Shown here in pieces: positions 30,592 through 43,430 of a DNA stretch of 64,000 nucleotides (positions within the stretch are counted from its first letter, which is position 1; each line of letters starts with the position of its first letter). A model generated the notes under the pieces. It was not told the origin of the DNA. It saw only the letters and a list, made by a program, of their open reading frames with translations, and did not search any database. Origin of the DNA: Octopus vulgaris (Eukaryota); the NCBI GenBank assembly GCA_951406725.2, contig OX597817.1:142910001-142974000 (forward strand), written 5' to 3'. The translations under genes were made by a program, and so were the position numbers.

Positions 30592-32218
30592 CAGTGGCGG
30601 CCATAATGTTCAGAACGGCATTGTTTTCGTCAGAAAAGTAGATATAATTTTTTATCAAAGTTGTTTTATATTCTATAATTTTCACAGACAATAAATACGA
30701 TATTATTTGTTATTGCCTGAGATTTTGGTGTAATTTGAGAGGATAATACAAAAGTTATGGATGATTTAGTGATTTACTGCAAAACCCATGGCGGCCAAAA
30801 TGATCAGAACGGTTGCTTTTACTCCGTGTTTTAGTATATTTAACCGGCGAACTCTAATGTTTTGAATTTGTTTACGTGACGGTTCGTTTACTAAACATTA
30901 GTAAGAATATTTGCAGTGTACTTTGTTAATATAATGCCACTTACTCCGTTACCAATTCGTCAGCAGATTATTAAGCTTCGAAGGAAGGATAATTTAAGTA
31001 TTGGATCTATTGCAAAGATTGTTAACAAGTCAAAAAGTGTTGTACACGGTATTCTTAAGGTCTACGATGATTGTGGTTCGTGTGAAGCAAGAAAGTTTAC
31101 AGGTAGGCCAAGAAAAACGACCAAGAGAGAAGATCGTGCTATGGTAAAGTTGGTTAAAAAGGACAGATTTAAAACTGCTGCTGCTGTTTCTCGGAAAATG
31201 AGCATTGTATTGAAGAAAACTTTATCTCGAAAAACTGTGTCTCGTCGTTTAGTTGAACATGACCTACAAGCAAGAGCACCTGCAGTGAAGCCACTGATCA
31301 GCTCCAAGAATAAAAAGTGTCGTCTTACCTTTGCAACCGAACATGTGTTGTGGTCTCAAGAAAAATGGCAAACGGTGCATTTCAGTGATGAATCTAAGTT
31401 TATGTTATTTGGCTCAGATGGGAAAAGGTACGTTCGTAGAAAAGTAGGTGAAAAATTGTCGCCTAAATGCCTTAAGACTAGTGTTAAATTCGGTGGAGGA
31501 AGTGTCATGGTTTGGGGGATGATATCTGGAGATGGTGTGGGCCCTTTGGTGCGATTACATGGAAAGGTAAATGCAGGAGTTTATAAACAACTTGTAAAAG
31601 ATCATGTCTTGCCTGTGCTGAGAAATTCAACTAAGCGACCACCCATATTCATGCAGGACAATGCCCCATGTCACAAGGCTAAGGTGGTCATGAACTTCCT
31701 CAAGGCTGAAAAGGTTATTGTTATGGATTGGCCTGCTCAAAGCCCAGATCTCAATCCTATTGAAAATGTATGGAATATTCTAGGAGAACGTTCGAAAGCC
31801 AGAAATCCTAAAACAACTGAGCAATTATGGAATGCCCTTCAGGAAGAATGGAATAAGATCACCCAGCAAGAAATTGAAAATTTAATTTCCTCATGTAGTC
31901 GAAGATGTCAGAGTGTGATTGAAGCTAAAGGGCTTCACACTAAATATTAAATAATTCCAGTATTTTCTGTCATTTTTGATTATTTTGTTATTTTTTAACC
32001 GTTCTGATCATTTTGGCCACCATGGGTTTTGCAGTAAATCACTAAATCATTCATAACTTTTGTATTATCCTCTCAAATTACACCAAAATCTCAGACAATA
32101 ACAATTAATATTGTATTTATTGTCTGTGAAAATTATAGAATATAAAACTACTTTGATAAAAACTTATACCTACTTTTCTGACGAAAACAATGCCATTCTG
32201 AACATTTTGACCGCAACG
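30592..32218 (+). mobile_element. full-length Tc1 (DD34E) transposon of IR/DR type
   Basis: Inverted repeats of about 222 bp (30592-30814 and 31997-32218), each with an outer and an inner direct repeat (GCGGCCA(T/A)AATG(T/A)TCAGAACGG); TA on both sides. Confidence 0.95.
30934..31950 (+). CDS. Tc1 transposase, 338 aa, intact ORF
   Basis: ATG at 30934; N-terminal HTH region, GRPR motif, FSDESKF / QDNAPCH / SPDLNPIE triad with 34 residues between the second D and the E. Confidence 0.95.
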   Translation: MPLTPLPIRQQIIKLRRKDNLSIGSIAKIVNKSKSVVHGILKVYDDCGSCEARKFTGRPRKTTKREDRAMVKLVKKDRFKTAAAVSRKMSIVLKKTLSRKTVSRRLVEHDLQARAPAVKPLISSKNKKCRLTFATEHVLWSQEKWQTVHFSDESKFMLFGSDGKRYVRRKVGEKLSPKCLKTSVKFGGGSVMVWGMISGDGVGPLVRLHGKVNAGVYKQLVKDHVLPVLRNSTKRPPIFMQDNAPCHKAKVVMNFLKAEKVIVMDWPAQSPDLNPIENVWNILGERSKARNPKTTEQLWNALQEEWNKITQQEIENLISSCSRRCQSVIEAKGLHTKY

Positions 32219-32236
32219 TATATATATATATGTATG

Positions 32237-32304
<68 letters not shown>

Positions 32305-32544
32305 TGTATGTATGTATGTATGTATGTATGTATGTGTGTGTGTGTGTATGTATAAATATATATGCGAGTATTTGTATGTGTGCGCTAATATGATATCCAC
32401 ATACATAATATATACGAATATACACACATACAGTAACCTACATATATGCACACATACACACACATATATATATATATATATACATACATACATACATACA
32501 TACGTACATACATACATACATACATACATACATACATACATACA

Positions 32545-32577
<33 letters not shown>

Positions 32578-34561
32578 TTGCACAGAAAGATACAGATTTA
32601 TTAGTCTAAGATCGGTTAAGATAAGATGTATGAACTGAGCGAAGAATTCGACTTTTATGTCGCAATATCCAATCAATAACTGTATACTGTGCTGAATCCA
32701 CAGACAAGAAACTCAAAAATCTGAATGACAACACCCACATCTTGATATGTATTTATTAGAGGCCGATATTATTATTCAGTGACGCATCTCTTGCCACAAA
32801 CAAGTTCGTCATTAGCTTGCGTAGATACACCTACGATATACACACACGCACATACACACATATATAGATACACACACACACACACATTTGGTCTTGTGCT
32901 GCATATCGCTTGTGGCTGGAGGTAATCGCCCAGTGGTAGCAGCGGACGACTACCTCTCGCCAGCAATATAAACACGAGTGCTTATATGCACCCTAAATCT
33001 ATATGGGAGCTTCTGCTACGCATGGTAAATAACGCAGTCGTTTCGGCCCGCACGTTTTGGCATTTTCTACCTTGACTTTCCTTTTCAACCTTCTACATAC
33101 CAAGTAGTTCGATATCTTTGCATGTACACCACTCTGTACATAACTCCATGTCCCCCTACATGGCCTTGCTTTTTGCTTTTTGAGCCAAAAAATTAACTTA
33201 ACCTATGTTAAAAGAACCATTATCAGTGAACTTATACATAAAATTTTATAATTATGAGTATGATTATAATTAGGGTTCAGCAAAAATTTGCTTCACCACA
33301 TACCGAAATTTAGAAGTAGCAGTTAAAACTAACTATTTCACTACTATAAGATTATCCCCACACAACTGTATTGCAGGAAATTAACTCCACATTTTCAAAG
33401 AGCTTTTAATCCTATTAAATGCTTGGCACGAGAAATTGCCGTAACAGGTTGAAATAGAACCAGTTACAGCACCATCAAAAACAAAAATAATAGTCCAATT
33501 AATCCTTATATCTTTGTTGCAGGGCAGCCTTGAACGAGTGGACCTATGTTCTAATACATTCCGTACGAGAATATCCCGTCTATATTGAGACAGAACATTA
33601 TCCAACATCTTATATTTTTCATTACGCTAAGTTGAGATCTGCGGAAGGTTTGTCTGCGATTTCTAGCAAGTCTTCTGACCACCTGCAGGCTCAATTATTG
33701 ACTTATGCAAGACGGGTCAGCAGTTTTGGCAAACACTCAGAATAACTCTCTCTTTCTCTTTCCCCCTCTCTATCTCTCTCAGTCTCTCTATCTCTCTATC
33801 TCTCTCAGTCTCTCTATATATCTCCGTTTCTCTTTCTCTTTCTCTTTCTTTTTCTTTCTCCTCTCCCCCTTTCTATCTCGCTCTTTTTCTCTTTACCTTC
33901 CCACTCTCAATTTCCCTGTCTCCCCACTTTCTCCTCCCCTTCTTTCTCCTCCTCTCTCTCTCCCTCTTTCTGCCTCTCTCTCCTCCCGCTCGATCTGTAA
34001 TTCTCTATCTCTCTATCTCTCTATATATCTCTCCTTTTATCTTTCCTTTTCTCTTTCTTTCACCCCCTTTCTATCTCGCTCTTTTTCTGTTTCCCTTCCC
34101 TGTGTCTCCCCCTTACTCTTCCCTGTGTCTCACTTTCCCTATGTCTCTCCCTTTCTCTTCCCCTTCTCTTCACCCTTCTCTCTCCCTCTCTCCGTCTCTC
34201 CCCCTTCTCTCTCCCTCTTTCTACCTCTCTCTCTCTCCTCCCGTTCGCTCTGTAAGTCTCTGTCTCGTTATGAATGCTTTTAAAACATTTATATTCAAAC
34301 TGCCATTTCTCTATTTTCCTGTCTCGCAATCATTGTATTCATCTAACTATCGATCTATTTATCGATCAAACTAATAAGTCAACTTTCTGGTTAACTATCG
34401 ATCTAGCTCCATATCTATTTATCTATCGATCATCCAATCTGTTTGTTTATCAATCTATCTACATATCTGTTTAACCGTCCATTATAATAGTTTTCAAAAC
34501 AAACACGCACGTGCACTCACACACACTCACACACACATACATACATAAATACATACATATA

Positions 34562-34647
<86 letters not shown>

Positions 34648-34650
34648 TAC

Positions 34651-34696
<46 letters not shown>

Positions 34697-34883
34697 GTAG
34701 GTAGGTATTGAACTTCTCAACAAATTGTTTGAGTCGAGATATGTGCGTGTGTGTTTTCATAATATATATTTGTTTGTTATTCATAACTCTATAATATTTT
34801 CTCTGTATGCTTATTTTGCTCGATATTTTGCAAACTTACGGCTCCCCTCTCAAACCTGTTTCTATCTCTGCTTCTCTTTTCTT

Positions 34884-34924
<41 letters not shown>

Positions 34925-34961
34925 GCTATAATATTCACATACGCAGCCACGCACAGTGGCT

Positions 34962-35044
<83 letters not shown>

Positions 35045-35100
35045 CGCACTTATCTGTGGGTGGTTGATTATATATGTATACACACACATGTATGTATGTA

Positions 35101-35168
<68 letters not shown>

Positions 35169-35239
35169 TATATGTATTTATGTATGTATATATAAATATA
35201 TGTATACATATATATATATACACCTATACGTGTGTGTAA

Positions 35240-35272
<33 letters not shown>

Positions 35273-36035
35273 TGTATGTATGTATGTATGTCTGCTTCAG
35301 AACAGGAACCATGATCTGGTACAATACAAAGCATGAAAGCATGTGAACAACAAACACACTTGATTTTAAGCTAACATAGCGTTTTTTAATAAATATTATA
35401 TATCGTTCGCATTGATCCAACAAAAGTTAACTTAAAATATATTCTATCTGTGGCATCGCCGCCAAACACTTATTTATGGCTAATTACTTTACCAAATTCT
35501 ATTCCTCACTTCCAAGTTTCAAAGTTCAAGTCGTCGCCGCTAAGTTCAACAAGGGTCCCAACTAATAGGGCCATAAATTCTGCTTCTCACAGAAGTGCCA
35601 GTCTGTAGAAATATATAGATATTCGTATGACATCGTTGCAGACATAGTAGAGACGCAAGCGTGGCTGAGTGGTTAAGAAGCTCACTTTGCAACCACCTGG
35701 TTTAGAGTTCTATCCCACTAAGTGGTATCTTGGGCAAGGCTACCGATGGTTTCATGCCAAAGAGTTTCTTTACAATTGTTAAAGCTTGCTGCATAGAAAC
35801 GTTGGTACTCGTTTCCATTTTGGATGGTACACTTGAACAATTGTAAAAAAGCACTTTGCATGAAACCATTCGCAGAATCCTCCCCCCACCGAAAGAGTTT
35901 TTTTCAGTAATGGGATTAAAAAGCTTACGTGTATATGGAAAGATGTCGTAGATAATCATGTAAATTATATTGGCAATTAAGTTTCATTAAAATGTAAGAT
36001 TTGATCACTTGTTTCCTTTATTCAAAATCTATATT

Positions 36036-36185
36036 CTTTCAGTTTCCGTCTACCAAATCCACTCACAAACCTTTGGCCGGCCCAAGACTATAGTAGAAGA
36101 CTCTTACCCGAGCTGCCACGCTGTGGAACTGAACCCGTAACCATGTGGTTGGGAAGCAAATTCCTTACCACAAAGCCACATCTAC
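36036..36185 (-). mobile_element. SINE family B, 5' half
   Basis: TCTTTCAGTTTCCGTCTACCAAATCCACTCAC..GAACTGAACCCGTAACCATGTGG. Confidence 0.75.
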
Positions 36186-36258
36186 CCCTTACTAAAAGGG
36201 ACCGATAGAATAAGTAGCACATTCTAAACTAAGTACTGGAATTAATTTGTTCGACTAT

Positions 36259-36650
36259 ACCTATTTCTTTATTACTCACAAGGGGCTAAACACAGAGGTG
36301 ACAAACAGATCAATTCGATTATATCGACCCCAGTGCGCAACTGGTACTTAATTTATCAACCCCGAAATGATGAAAGGCAAATTTGAACTCAGAACGTAAC
36401 GGCAGACGAAATACCTATTTCTTTATTACCCACAAGGGGCTAAACACAGAGGGGACAAACAAGGACAGACATAGGTATTAAGTCGATTACATCGACCCCA
36501 GTGCATAACTGGTACTTAATTTATCGACCCCGAAAGGATGAAAGGCAAAGTCGACCTCGGCGGAATTTGAACTCACAACGTAACGCAGACGAAATACCGC
36601 TCAGCATTTCGCCCGGCGTGCTAGCGATTCTGCCAGCTCGCCCGCCGCCT
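36259..36650 (-). mobile_element. SINE family A multimer (tail 1)
   Basis: Two units with junction TAAAGAAATA|GGTATTTCG; the second unit also ends AAAGAAATA|GGTA. Confidence 0.85.
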
Positions 36651-37008
36651 TATTGTTCGACTATACTCTTGCTGCCTTGTCAAAAACAAGTGAAGACATT
36701 CTAAAATCATTTTGTGGTGAAGCGATGAGGGTCCACTCATTTGTTTAATTATGTGCCCAGTAATCTCTAGATAAGCTGTGGCCAGTGTTGGCTGATGATA
36801 TACAATGCCTGTATGTATGAAAGCATTTGGAACACAAGCAGAGTCTCTCAACGTGATGAACCAAATAACAAATGAGTGAGGCTTAGTTTTGAATAAATAA
36901 CGCCATTTCTCTTTAACTCACAGCCTTACGTACTGTCTTTCGTTTTAATTGCATGTCACACCACTTTGAAAGCACGAATGCTCGCGTTCGCAAACACACG
37001 TAGATACA

Positions 37009-37055
<47 letters not shown>

Positions 37056-37157
37056 ATGTGTGTGTGCGTGTGTGTGAATGTGTGTGTATGTGTAAATATA
37101 TATTTCTTTGTATATTACACATACACACACACACGCACATTTATATATATATATATG

Positions 37158-37193
<36 letters not shown>

Positions 37194-37209
37194 CTCTTAT
37201 TATAAATAC

Positions 37210-37278
<69 letters not shown>

Positions 37279-37566
37279 ATATGTATACATATATATATAC
37301 ACACACATATATATATACATACATATATATATATATGCATATATATATTTCTTCAGATACAAAAATATCCCAAGTTAATTCAATATATATATATATGTTC
37401 ACAGTCCTATGTGTGTGTATATAATACGTGTATTTGTATATATACGTACATACATACATACATCCATTGGTCTTGGTCTGTGTACAGTTTCAATCTTACA
37501 AACACATTTGTTTTGTTTATTTTCCATATATTGTCTTCCTCCATATTAGCCTTTCTCTCCTCCCAC

Positions 37567-37606
<40 letters not shown>

Positions 37607-38146
37607 CCCGCCATAGTCTCTCTCCAAAGTCATTTATCTCCACTCAGGCTACCTCTGTTTCTCTTCATCCGCCTTATGCCACATCTCTCCCTCCATCTCC
37701 TCCACCTCTTCTCGCTGCACCCACCACCACCTTAATATATCTTCCTCTTCTCTTGTATCTCTCTCGACACGTCTCCCACACCTCTTTGTGGTGGTTACTC
37801 TTAGAGGGACTTATACTATGAGCAGCGCGTACAAGAAACTAAGATTTATCGCCATTAGCGTCTGGCCAGTACTGATTACATCGGCTGTGATAAACCTGCC
37901 ATAACACACAGATATATCTTCCCATGCTTCACCTATTCCTACAGTTTATAGCGCGGCATTTCTCTCAGAAATTAGATATTTTCTTCGCAGATCTTTTATT
38001 GTAATCCTTTCGTTTCTTTCTCGCTTTTTTATGTGTTTATTTCAGCGTTTTACCTCTCGCAAGAGTCTTCTCCCAAACTCACACACAATGGACCCCTCCA
38101 TTAATCTACTGCACCAAAACACTACCTTCTCACTTTCTTTCTCTCC

Positions 38147-38181
<35 letters not shown>

Positions 38182-38309
38182 TTCCTCTCCCCCCTCCGCT
38201 CTCTCTCTCTCTCTACCTCTATCTATTGATCTTCCAATTTCTCTCCTATTTCCTTAACTCTTTCTCCTCCACAATCTCATTTTCTCTTTCTCTTACAACA
38301 TCTAAACCA

Positions 38310-38463
38310 CAGGGTGTTCAAAAAGTTTCTCCGCAGTAGATTTTTTCATCCTGCGCATGCGCAACTTACATATCACTGCGTGGGCGGCCGGATATCAACC
38401 ATGTTATAAATTATCTATTTTGCAACAAAATACTTACTGCGGAGAGACTTTTTGAACACCCTG
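38310..38463. mobile_element. Tc1/mariner-type MITE (CAGGGTG TIR family)
   Basis: TIR CAGGGTGTTCAAAAAGT(T/C)TCTCCGCAGTA at both ends; same TIR as 42338-42572. Confidence 0.8.
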
Positions 38464-38792
38464 AATAATTTGTCTCCATCCGACTGGAATACATTTGTTT
38501 ATATTTTAATTTTAACTTTCGAAACAGATTGAGGCCTTGGGTTTGAGGCCTTGGTGCAATATTCGAGGATGGGTCGAACTAGAGTGACTATAAAGGCCGA
38601 AATACGTCCATTGAAAGTTTGACAAAGGACCGGCGAATGTTATTAATTTTTTTTTTTTTTTTTTGCAATTCGTGGGTCTATTGTTCGGTGGATCGAAACT
38701 ATATAGTTTCTTGTCTCTATTCAAATGAAATAAAGAGTCATGTTAAAAGTTTTCAGAAAATTTATTTTATTCTGACATATTTGAAAATATGA

Positions 38793-39085
38793 AAAGGCGC
38801 GTGGCCTAGTGGTTAGAGTATTGCACTCACGATCGCTAGATCATGGGTTCGACTCCCGGACCAGGTGATGTGTTTTGTTCTTAAGTAAAACACTTCATTT
38901 CATGTTGCTCCACTCCACTCAGCTGCAAGTAGTGCACCCAATGACGGAATAGCATTCCGATCGGGGGAAACGCTGGCCTCATCACCTAGCAAGCTAGGCG
39001 GCGTCATTCGAAAGTTAAAACAATGCCAAGCGCATTGTGACTAGTGATGTATAACAACATCCGATATATTGGTCGATGCCGTGAT
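38793..39085 (+). mobile_element. SINE family C variant
   Basis: GGCGCGTGGCCTAGTGGTTAG A-box, GGTTCGACTCC B-box, tail shared with the 28064 copy. Confidence 0.7.
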
Positions 39086-39302
39086 ATTTGAAAATGTAGC
39101 TGAAATACTGACTACGGATTAAAACATAACAATTATATTCGGTAGTGAGCTAATAATTGGTCATAGTATGATAGCTGGAACTTAGAAGCCTTTTACTGGC
39201 TTCCATATTATTTTGTTACCTTCGGATGAGGCCAAAAAAGGAATCCATCAACAGCCAAATATTGCTTTGGCAAAAAGAAACATATCAGGGAAGTTTTGCC
39301 TC

Positions 39303-39484
39303 GGGAGAGTCATTTTCTTTTTGTGCCTTATAATATAACACACTCACCGGTAAAATTTCTACTTTTTTCTTATTTTTATTTTCCTATGCAACGAAAGTTT
39401 AGAAATAAGAAAAAAAGTGGAAATTTGACCGGTGTGTGTGTTTTATTATAAGGCACGAAAAGAAAATGACAAATGACTCTCCCC
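39303..39484. mobile_element. hairpin MITE with long TIRs, superfamily unassigned
   Basis: GGGAGAGTCATTTTCTTTTTGTGCCTTATAAT..CACCGGTAAAATTTC is mirrored at the right end; single-arm copy at 57088-57181. Confidence 0.7.
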
Positions 39485-40286
39485 AGACACAACAGGATAT
39501 GCTTCAACACACGAACTCATATAAAGAATCTTGCAAACGAAATATTAGGAAAGAACTTAGCGGAATTATGCTGCATTGTGATCACGTGATCGACCAGACT
39601 ATCGGGCAATGCGTTTTGCATCGTCTTAGCTTACAAATAATGCCACCTCACTGGCCAGGCGAGCAGGGCCAACATTCCCCTCGATCGGAAACGCAACGTA
39701 TCGTTGTTTTGTGCTTTTGATCTACAAGCTACATATCCATTCCATATGCAACTGCTAAAAATTGCAGACAAATCTCCAGGAAATCAAAACACTACTATCT
39801 TTAAAAAACGAAGATATGTTAGACGGCCTAGACCCGATGAACATTAGCATGGGACATTCGGAGCAACTTCGACCCTAGATCAATTTGATCTGGGGCCAGA
39901 CAAAACAGCAGTAAATCGCAGGAAACTAGCGTTGATGAGGTTTCTGTTTCTTCCCACAAGTTTTTAGTATTTCGTTCCACTTTTCTCCTTCAATTCTCTA
40001 CATCAGATGAATCTATCTTTTAACACACTGCCTAACTTTGTATCATATCGTGTTACTTCCTAATTGGCACAAAACGCCATCTTAGCTTTCTAACATTGCC
40101 AGGTTAGAATAAAAATAAAATATTTAATTTCTTAGAGACGACGATCTTGAAACTTCTTGAAGGCAAGTTTGCAAGAAATTCTTCTGTAATCCATACGATT
40201 CTGCCTTCAGTGCTTGGATGGATTGAATGTTCCGTTATTATCAAAGCTGAGTTAATAATTTCACTATCCTCTGATCATTTTCTCCA

Positions 40287-40342
<56 letters not shown>

Positions 40343-40705
40343 GTGTGTGTGCCTGTTTTCTAGTTAATCTTTAGTTCATTACATTTAAACTATGATTGCT
40401 TACTCATGCAATCAGCTCATTTACGATAATTAATTTTTGCTCATGGCCTTCGGGTTCTCTAATGAATACTAATCATTTATAGCCGATAGTAATTTGTGTA
40501 CATTATGCATTTCATCTCTCTATCTCTCTCTCCCTCTCTTTCCCTCTCTTTCCCTCTCTTTCCCTCTCTCTTTCTCTCACTTTGTATATATATGTATATA
40601 TATATATATTTATACACACACACAAAAACAAATGCATAAAAACAAACAGTTGTTTGTTTGTGTATGTGTGAGTGTGTGTGTGGGTGTGTGTAGAGTATTT
40701 GTGAG

Positions 40706-40737
<32 letters not shown>

Positions 40738-40854
40738 TTTTGGATTGAACTTGAGTAAAGAATCTCCCGAATATTATTTTCTGTATCTGCTTTTTCTATA
40801 TATATGTATACATATGTATATTGGAAAAGAATCCATTAATAACTTTTCGTATCT

Positions 40855-40901
<47 letters not shown>

Positions 40902-40905
<4 letters not shown>

Positions 40906-41040
40906 TTCAGCAAAATTTAGATTCAGATGAATATGGTACTTAAGTTAAAGGCACCAGAATTTGGTATGGTATTATCCATATATATCAAATGGGGTGATTA
41001 TAATCAAAATAAGCAACAAGGATATCCTTGTTGCTTATTT

Positions 41041-41044
<4 letters not shown>
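40902..41044. repeat. short insertion in (TA)n ending in a perfect 42 bp palindrome
   Basis: 41003-41044 reads ATCAAAATAAGCAACAAGGAT|ATCCTTGTTGCTTATTTTGAT with no spacer. Confidence 0.75.
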
Positions 41045-41097
<53 letters not shown>

Positions 41098-41272
41098 CAT
41101 ATGCATATATATATATGCATATGTATATACATAAGAGGCTTTCCTATTTGGAAGCCACTTATTGTATTTCTATGGGAATAATATATAGTCAAATTACTAA
41201 TTTGTTTTTGTGCTAGGCCACTGGTAATAATAATTTCTTATAACCCTTTTGTTATTTATTATGTTTATATAT

Positions 41273-41318
<46 letters not shown>

Positions 41319-42112
41319 ACACACATTCATATACACATGTATACATAAGGTTGGGCATTTCTCTCCGCGTTGTTTACTGCGTTAGTCTTTCTCGAGGCTA
41401 TATATTTCATTTATATATCAACTCCCCGCTATATTCCCCGACCCCAACGAAAATTTCCTTCAACAAGAATGCCGACGCTTGTACGAGTTGATACACTTAC
41501 CTTCATGTTCTTCAAGCATCGCTGCTGATTCCTTGCAGTTAATACCACCATTCTAATCCAACGTTCTCATAATCTACATGCTTTATTTCTTCTCTATATA
41601 AGGGACCAATTTACAGGAATATACGACGCTGCCTTTGTTTCTTTCGTAAACCAATCGACATTATTATATTTAGCTATTCGAAACAATTCTATGCTGTCTG
41701 CCAATACTTCTTCTAATAATTGGACGCTATTGATAGAATACCATCATTATTTAATATGCCCAGCCAGAAAAAAAGTTACGTGGCTGCGATTCTTCTCTGT
41801 TTGTTTGAATGTTTGCACGAGTGATCGCTCTCGTATTCTGAAACTACTGAAGCTAAAACGTCTAAAAATATTTTCAATAAATTCTGAGAAAATTAAAAGA
41901 ATTTTTTTTTCATTCTTTGCTGTGATATTTCTTTTTTGTTTATTTTTCCAGTGATTTAGTTATTTGGATACAGCGTACGTGGATTAAACATGAGATTTGT
42001 TGTACGAACTAAAAGCCATGCAAAAGGCAAAAACATTTAGACGTAAAATGAAACTCAGAAGAAATATGTCACACACAGAAAGCAACACAATTTCTTAGCG
42101 ACTTTAATATAT

Positions 42113-42325
42113 AATGGTTTCACATTTTTGCACAAGGCCAGCAATTTTGGGGGAGGGGTAAATCTATTACATCGACCCAAGTGCTCAAGTGGCAATGCTA
42201 TTATCGATTCCAGTAGGATGAATGCAAAGTCGCGCTCGACGGAATTTGAACTCAGGATGTGAAGACGGACGAAATATCCCTAAGCATTTTGCACGGCGTG
42301 CTAACGATTTCGCTACTACCCACCT
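42113..42325 (-). mobile_element. SINE family A, diverged
   Basis: GGAATTTGAACTC B-box (reverse complement), CACAAGGCCAGCAATTTTGGGGGAGGGG tail. Confidence 0.7.
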
Positions 42326-42337
42326 TGATTTATAATA

Positions 42338-42572
42338 CAGGGTGTTCAAAATGTCTCTCCGTAGTAAGTAATTTGATGGTTGTTCGGGCGATTCTTGTAC
42401 ACTGATCCTTTTACTTGCTCCCCAGAGAAAAAGTTTGGCGGTGTTAAATCAGGTGATTCTTGGTGGCCAAAGTCCCTTCGAAATAATCCGTTCACTGAAA
42501 AGATCTTGAATTGCGCCATGATGATGCGCAGGCTGAAAAGCTTCACTGCGGAGAGACTTTCTGAACACCCTG
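42338..42572 (-). mobile_element. internally deleted maT/rosa-like Tc1/mariner derivative
   Basis: CAGGGTGTTC TIRs, TA target duplication (42336-37 and 42573-74), residual GLWPPR/SPDLTPPNFF..KGSVYKNRP transposase motif with a frameshift. Confidence 0.8.
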
Positions 42573-42613
42573 TATATATTAAAACCAAAACTTCACTGAG
42601 ATGTCTTAATTTT

Positions 42614-43430
42614 TCTAGTCTCGGCAGAAGGCCCGAAATTTTAGGGGAGGGGGCAAGTCGATTAAATCAACCCCAGTACGCAACTGGGACTTAATTTATC
42701 GAACCCGAAAGGATGAAAGACAAAGTCGACCTCGGCGTAATTTGAACTCAGAACGTAAAAACACGGAATACCACTAAGCATATTGCCCGGCGTGTTAACG
42801 TTTCTTATCGCTTTTCTGCCCACAAGGGGTTACAAACAGAGGGAACAAACAAGGACAGACAAACGGATTAAGTCGATTATATCGACCCCAGTACGTAACT
42901 GGTACTTATTTAATCGACCCTGAAAGGATGAAAGAGAAAGTCGACCTCGGCGGAATTTGAACTCAGAACGTAAAGACAGACGAAATACCACTAAGCATTT
43001 CGCCTGGCGTTCTAACGTTTCTTATCGTTTTACTGCCCACAAGGGGCTACACACAGAGGGAACAAACAAAGACAGACAAACGGATTAAGTCAATGATATC
43101 GACACCAGTGCATAACTGGTACTTATTTAATCGACCCCGAAAGGATGAAAGGCAAAGCCGACCTCGGCGGAATTTGAACCCAGAACGTAATGACAGATGA
43201 AATACCTATTTCTTTACTACCCACAAGGGGCTAAACACAGAGAGGACAAACAAGGACAGACAGACGGATTAAGTCGAATGTATCAACCCTAGTGCATAAC
43301 TAGTACTTATTTAATCGACCCCGAAAGGATGAAAGGCAAAGTCGACCTCGGCGGAATTTGAACTCAGAACGTAACGGCGGACGAAATACCGCTAAGCATT
43401 TCGCCTGGCGTGCTAACGTTTCTGCCAGCT
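42614..43430 (-). mobile_element. SINE family A tetramer (three tail-1 units, then one tail-2 unit)
   Basis: Junctions AAAGAAATA|GGTATTTC (about 43205) and CGATA|AGAAACG (about 43022 and 42805); last unit ends CCCCTCCCCTAAAATTTCGGGCC. Confidence 0.85.

Noticed and set aside
30916-30933. GTG start of the transposase given in the ORF track
   Set aside because: Eukaryotic context; the first in-frame ATG at 30934 gives a normal Tc1 length.
41495-41600. EF-hand-like minus-strand exon (IMRTLD*NGGINCKESAAML followed by GTAAGT)
   Set aside because: Needs an in-frame stop, a frameshift and a shortened loop to fit; could be chance.
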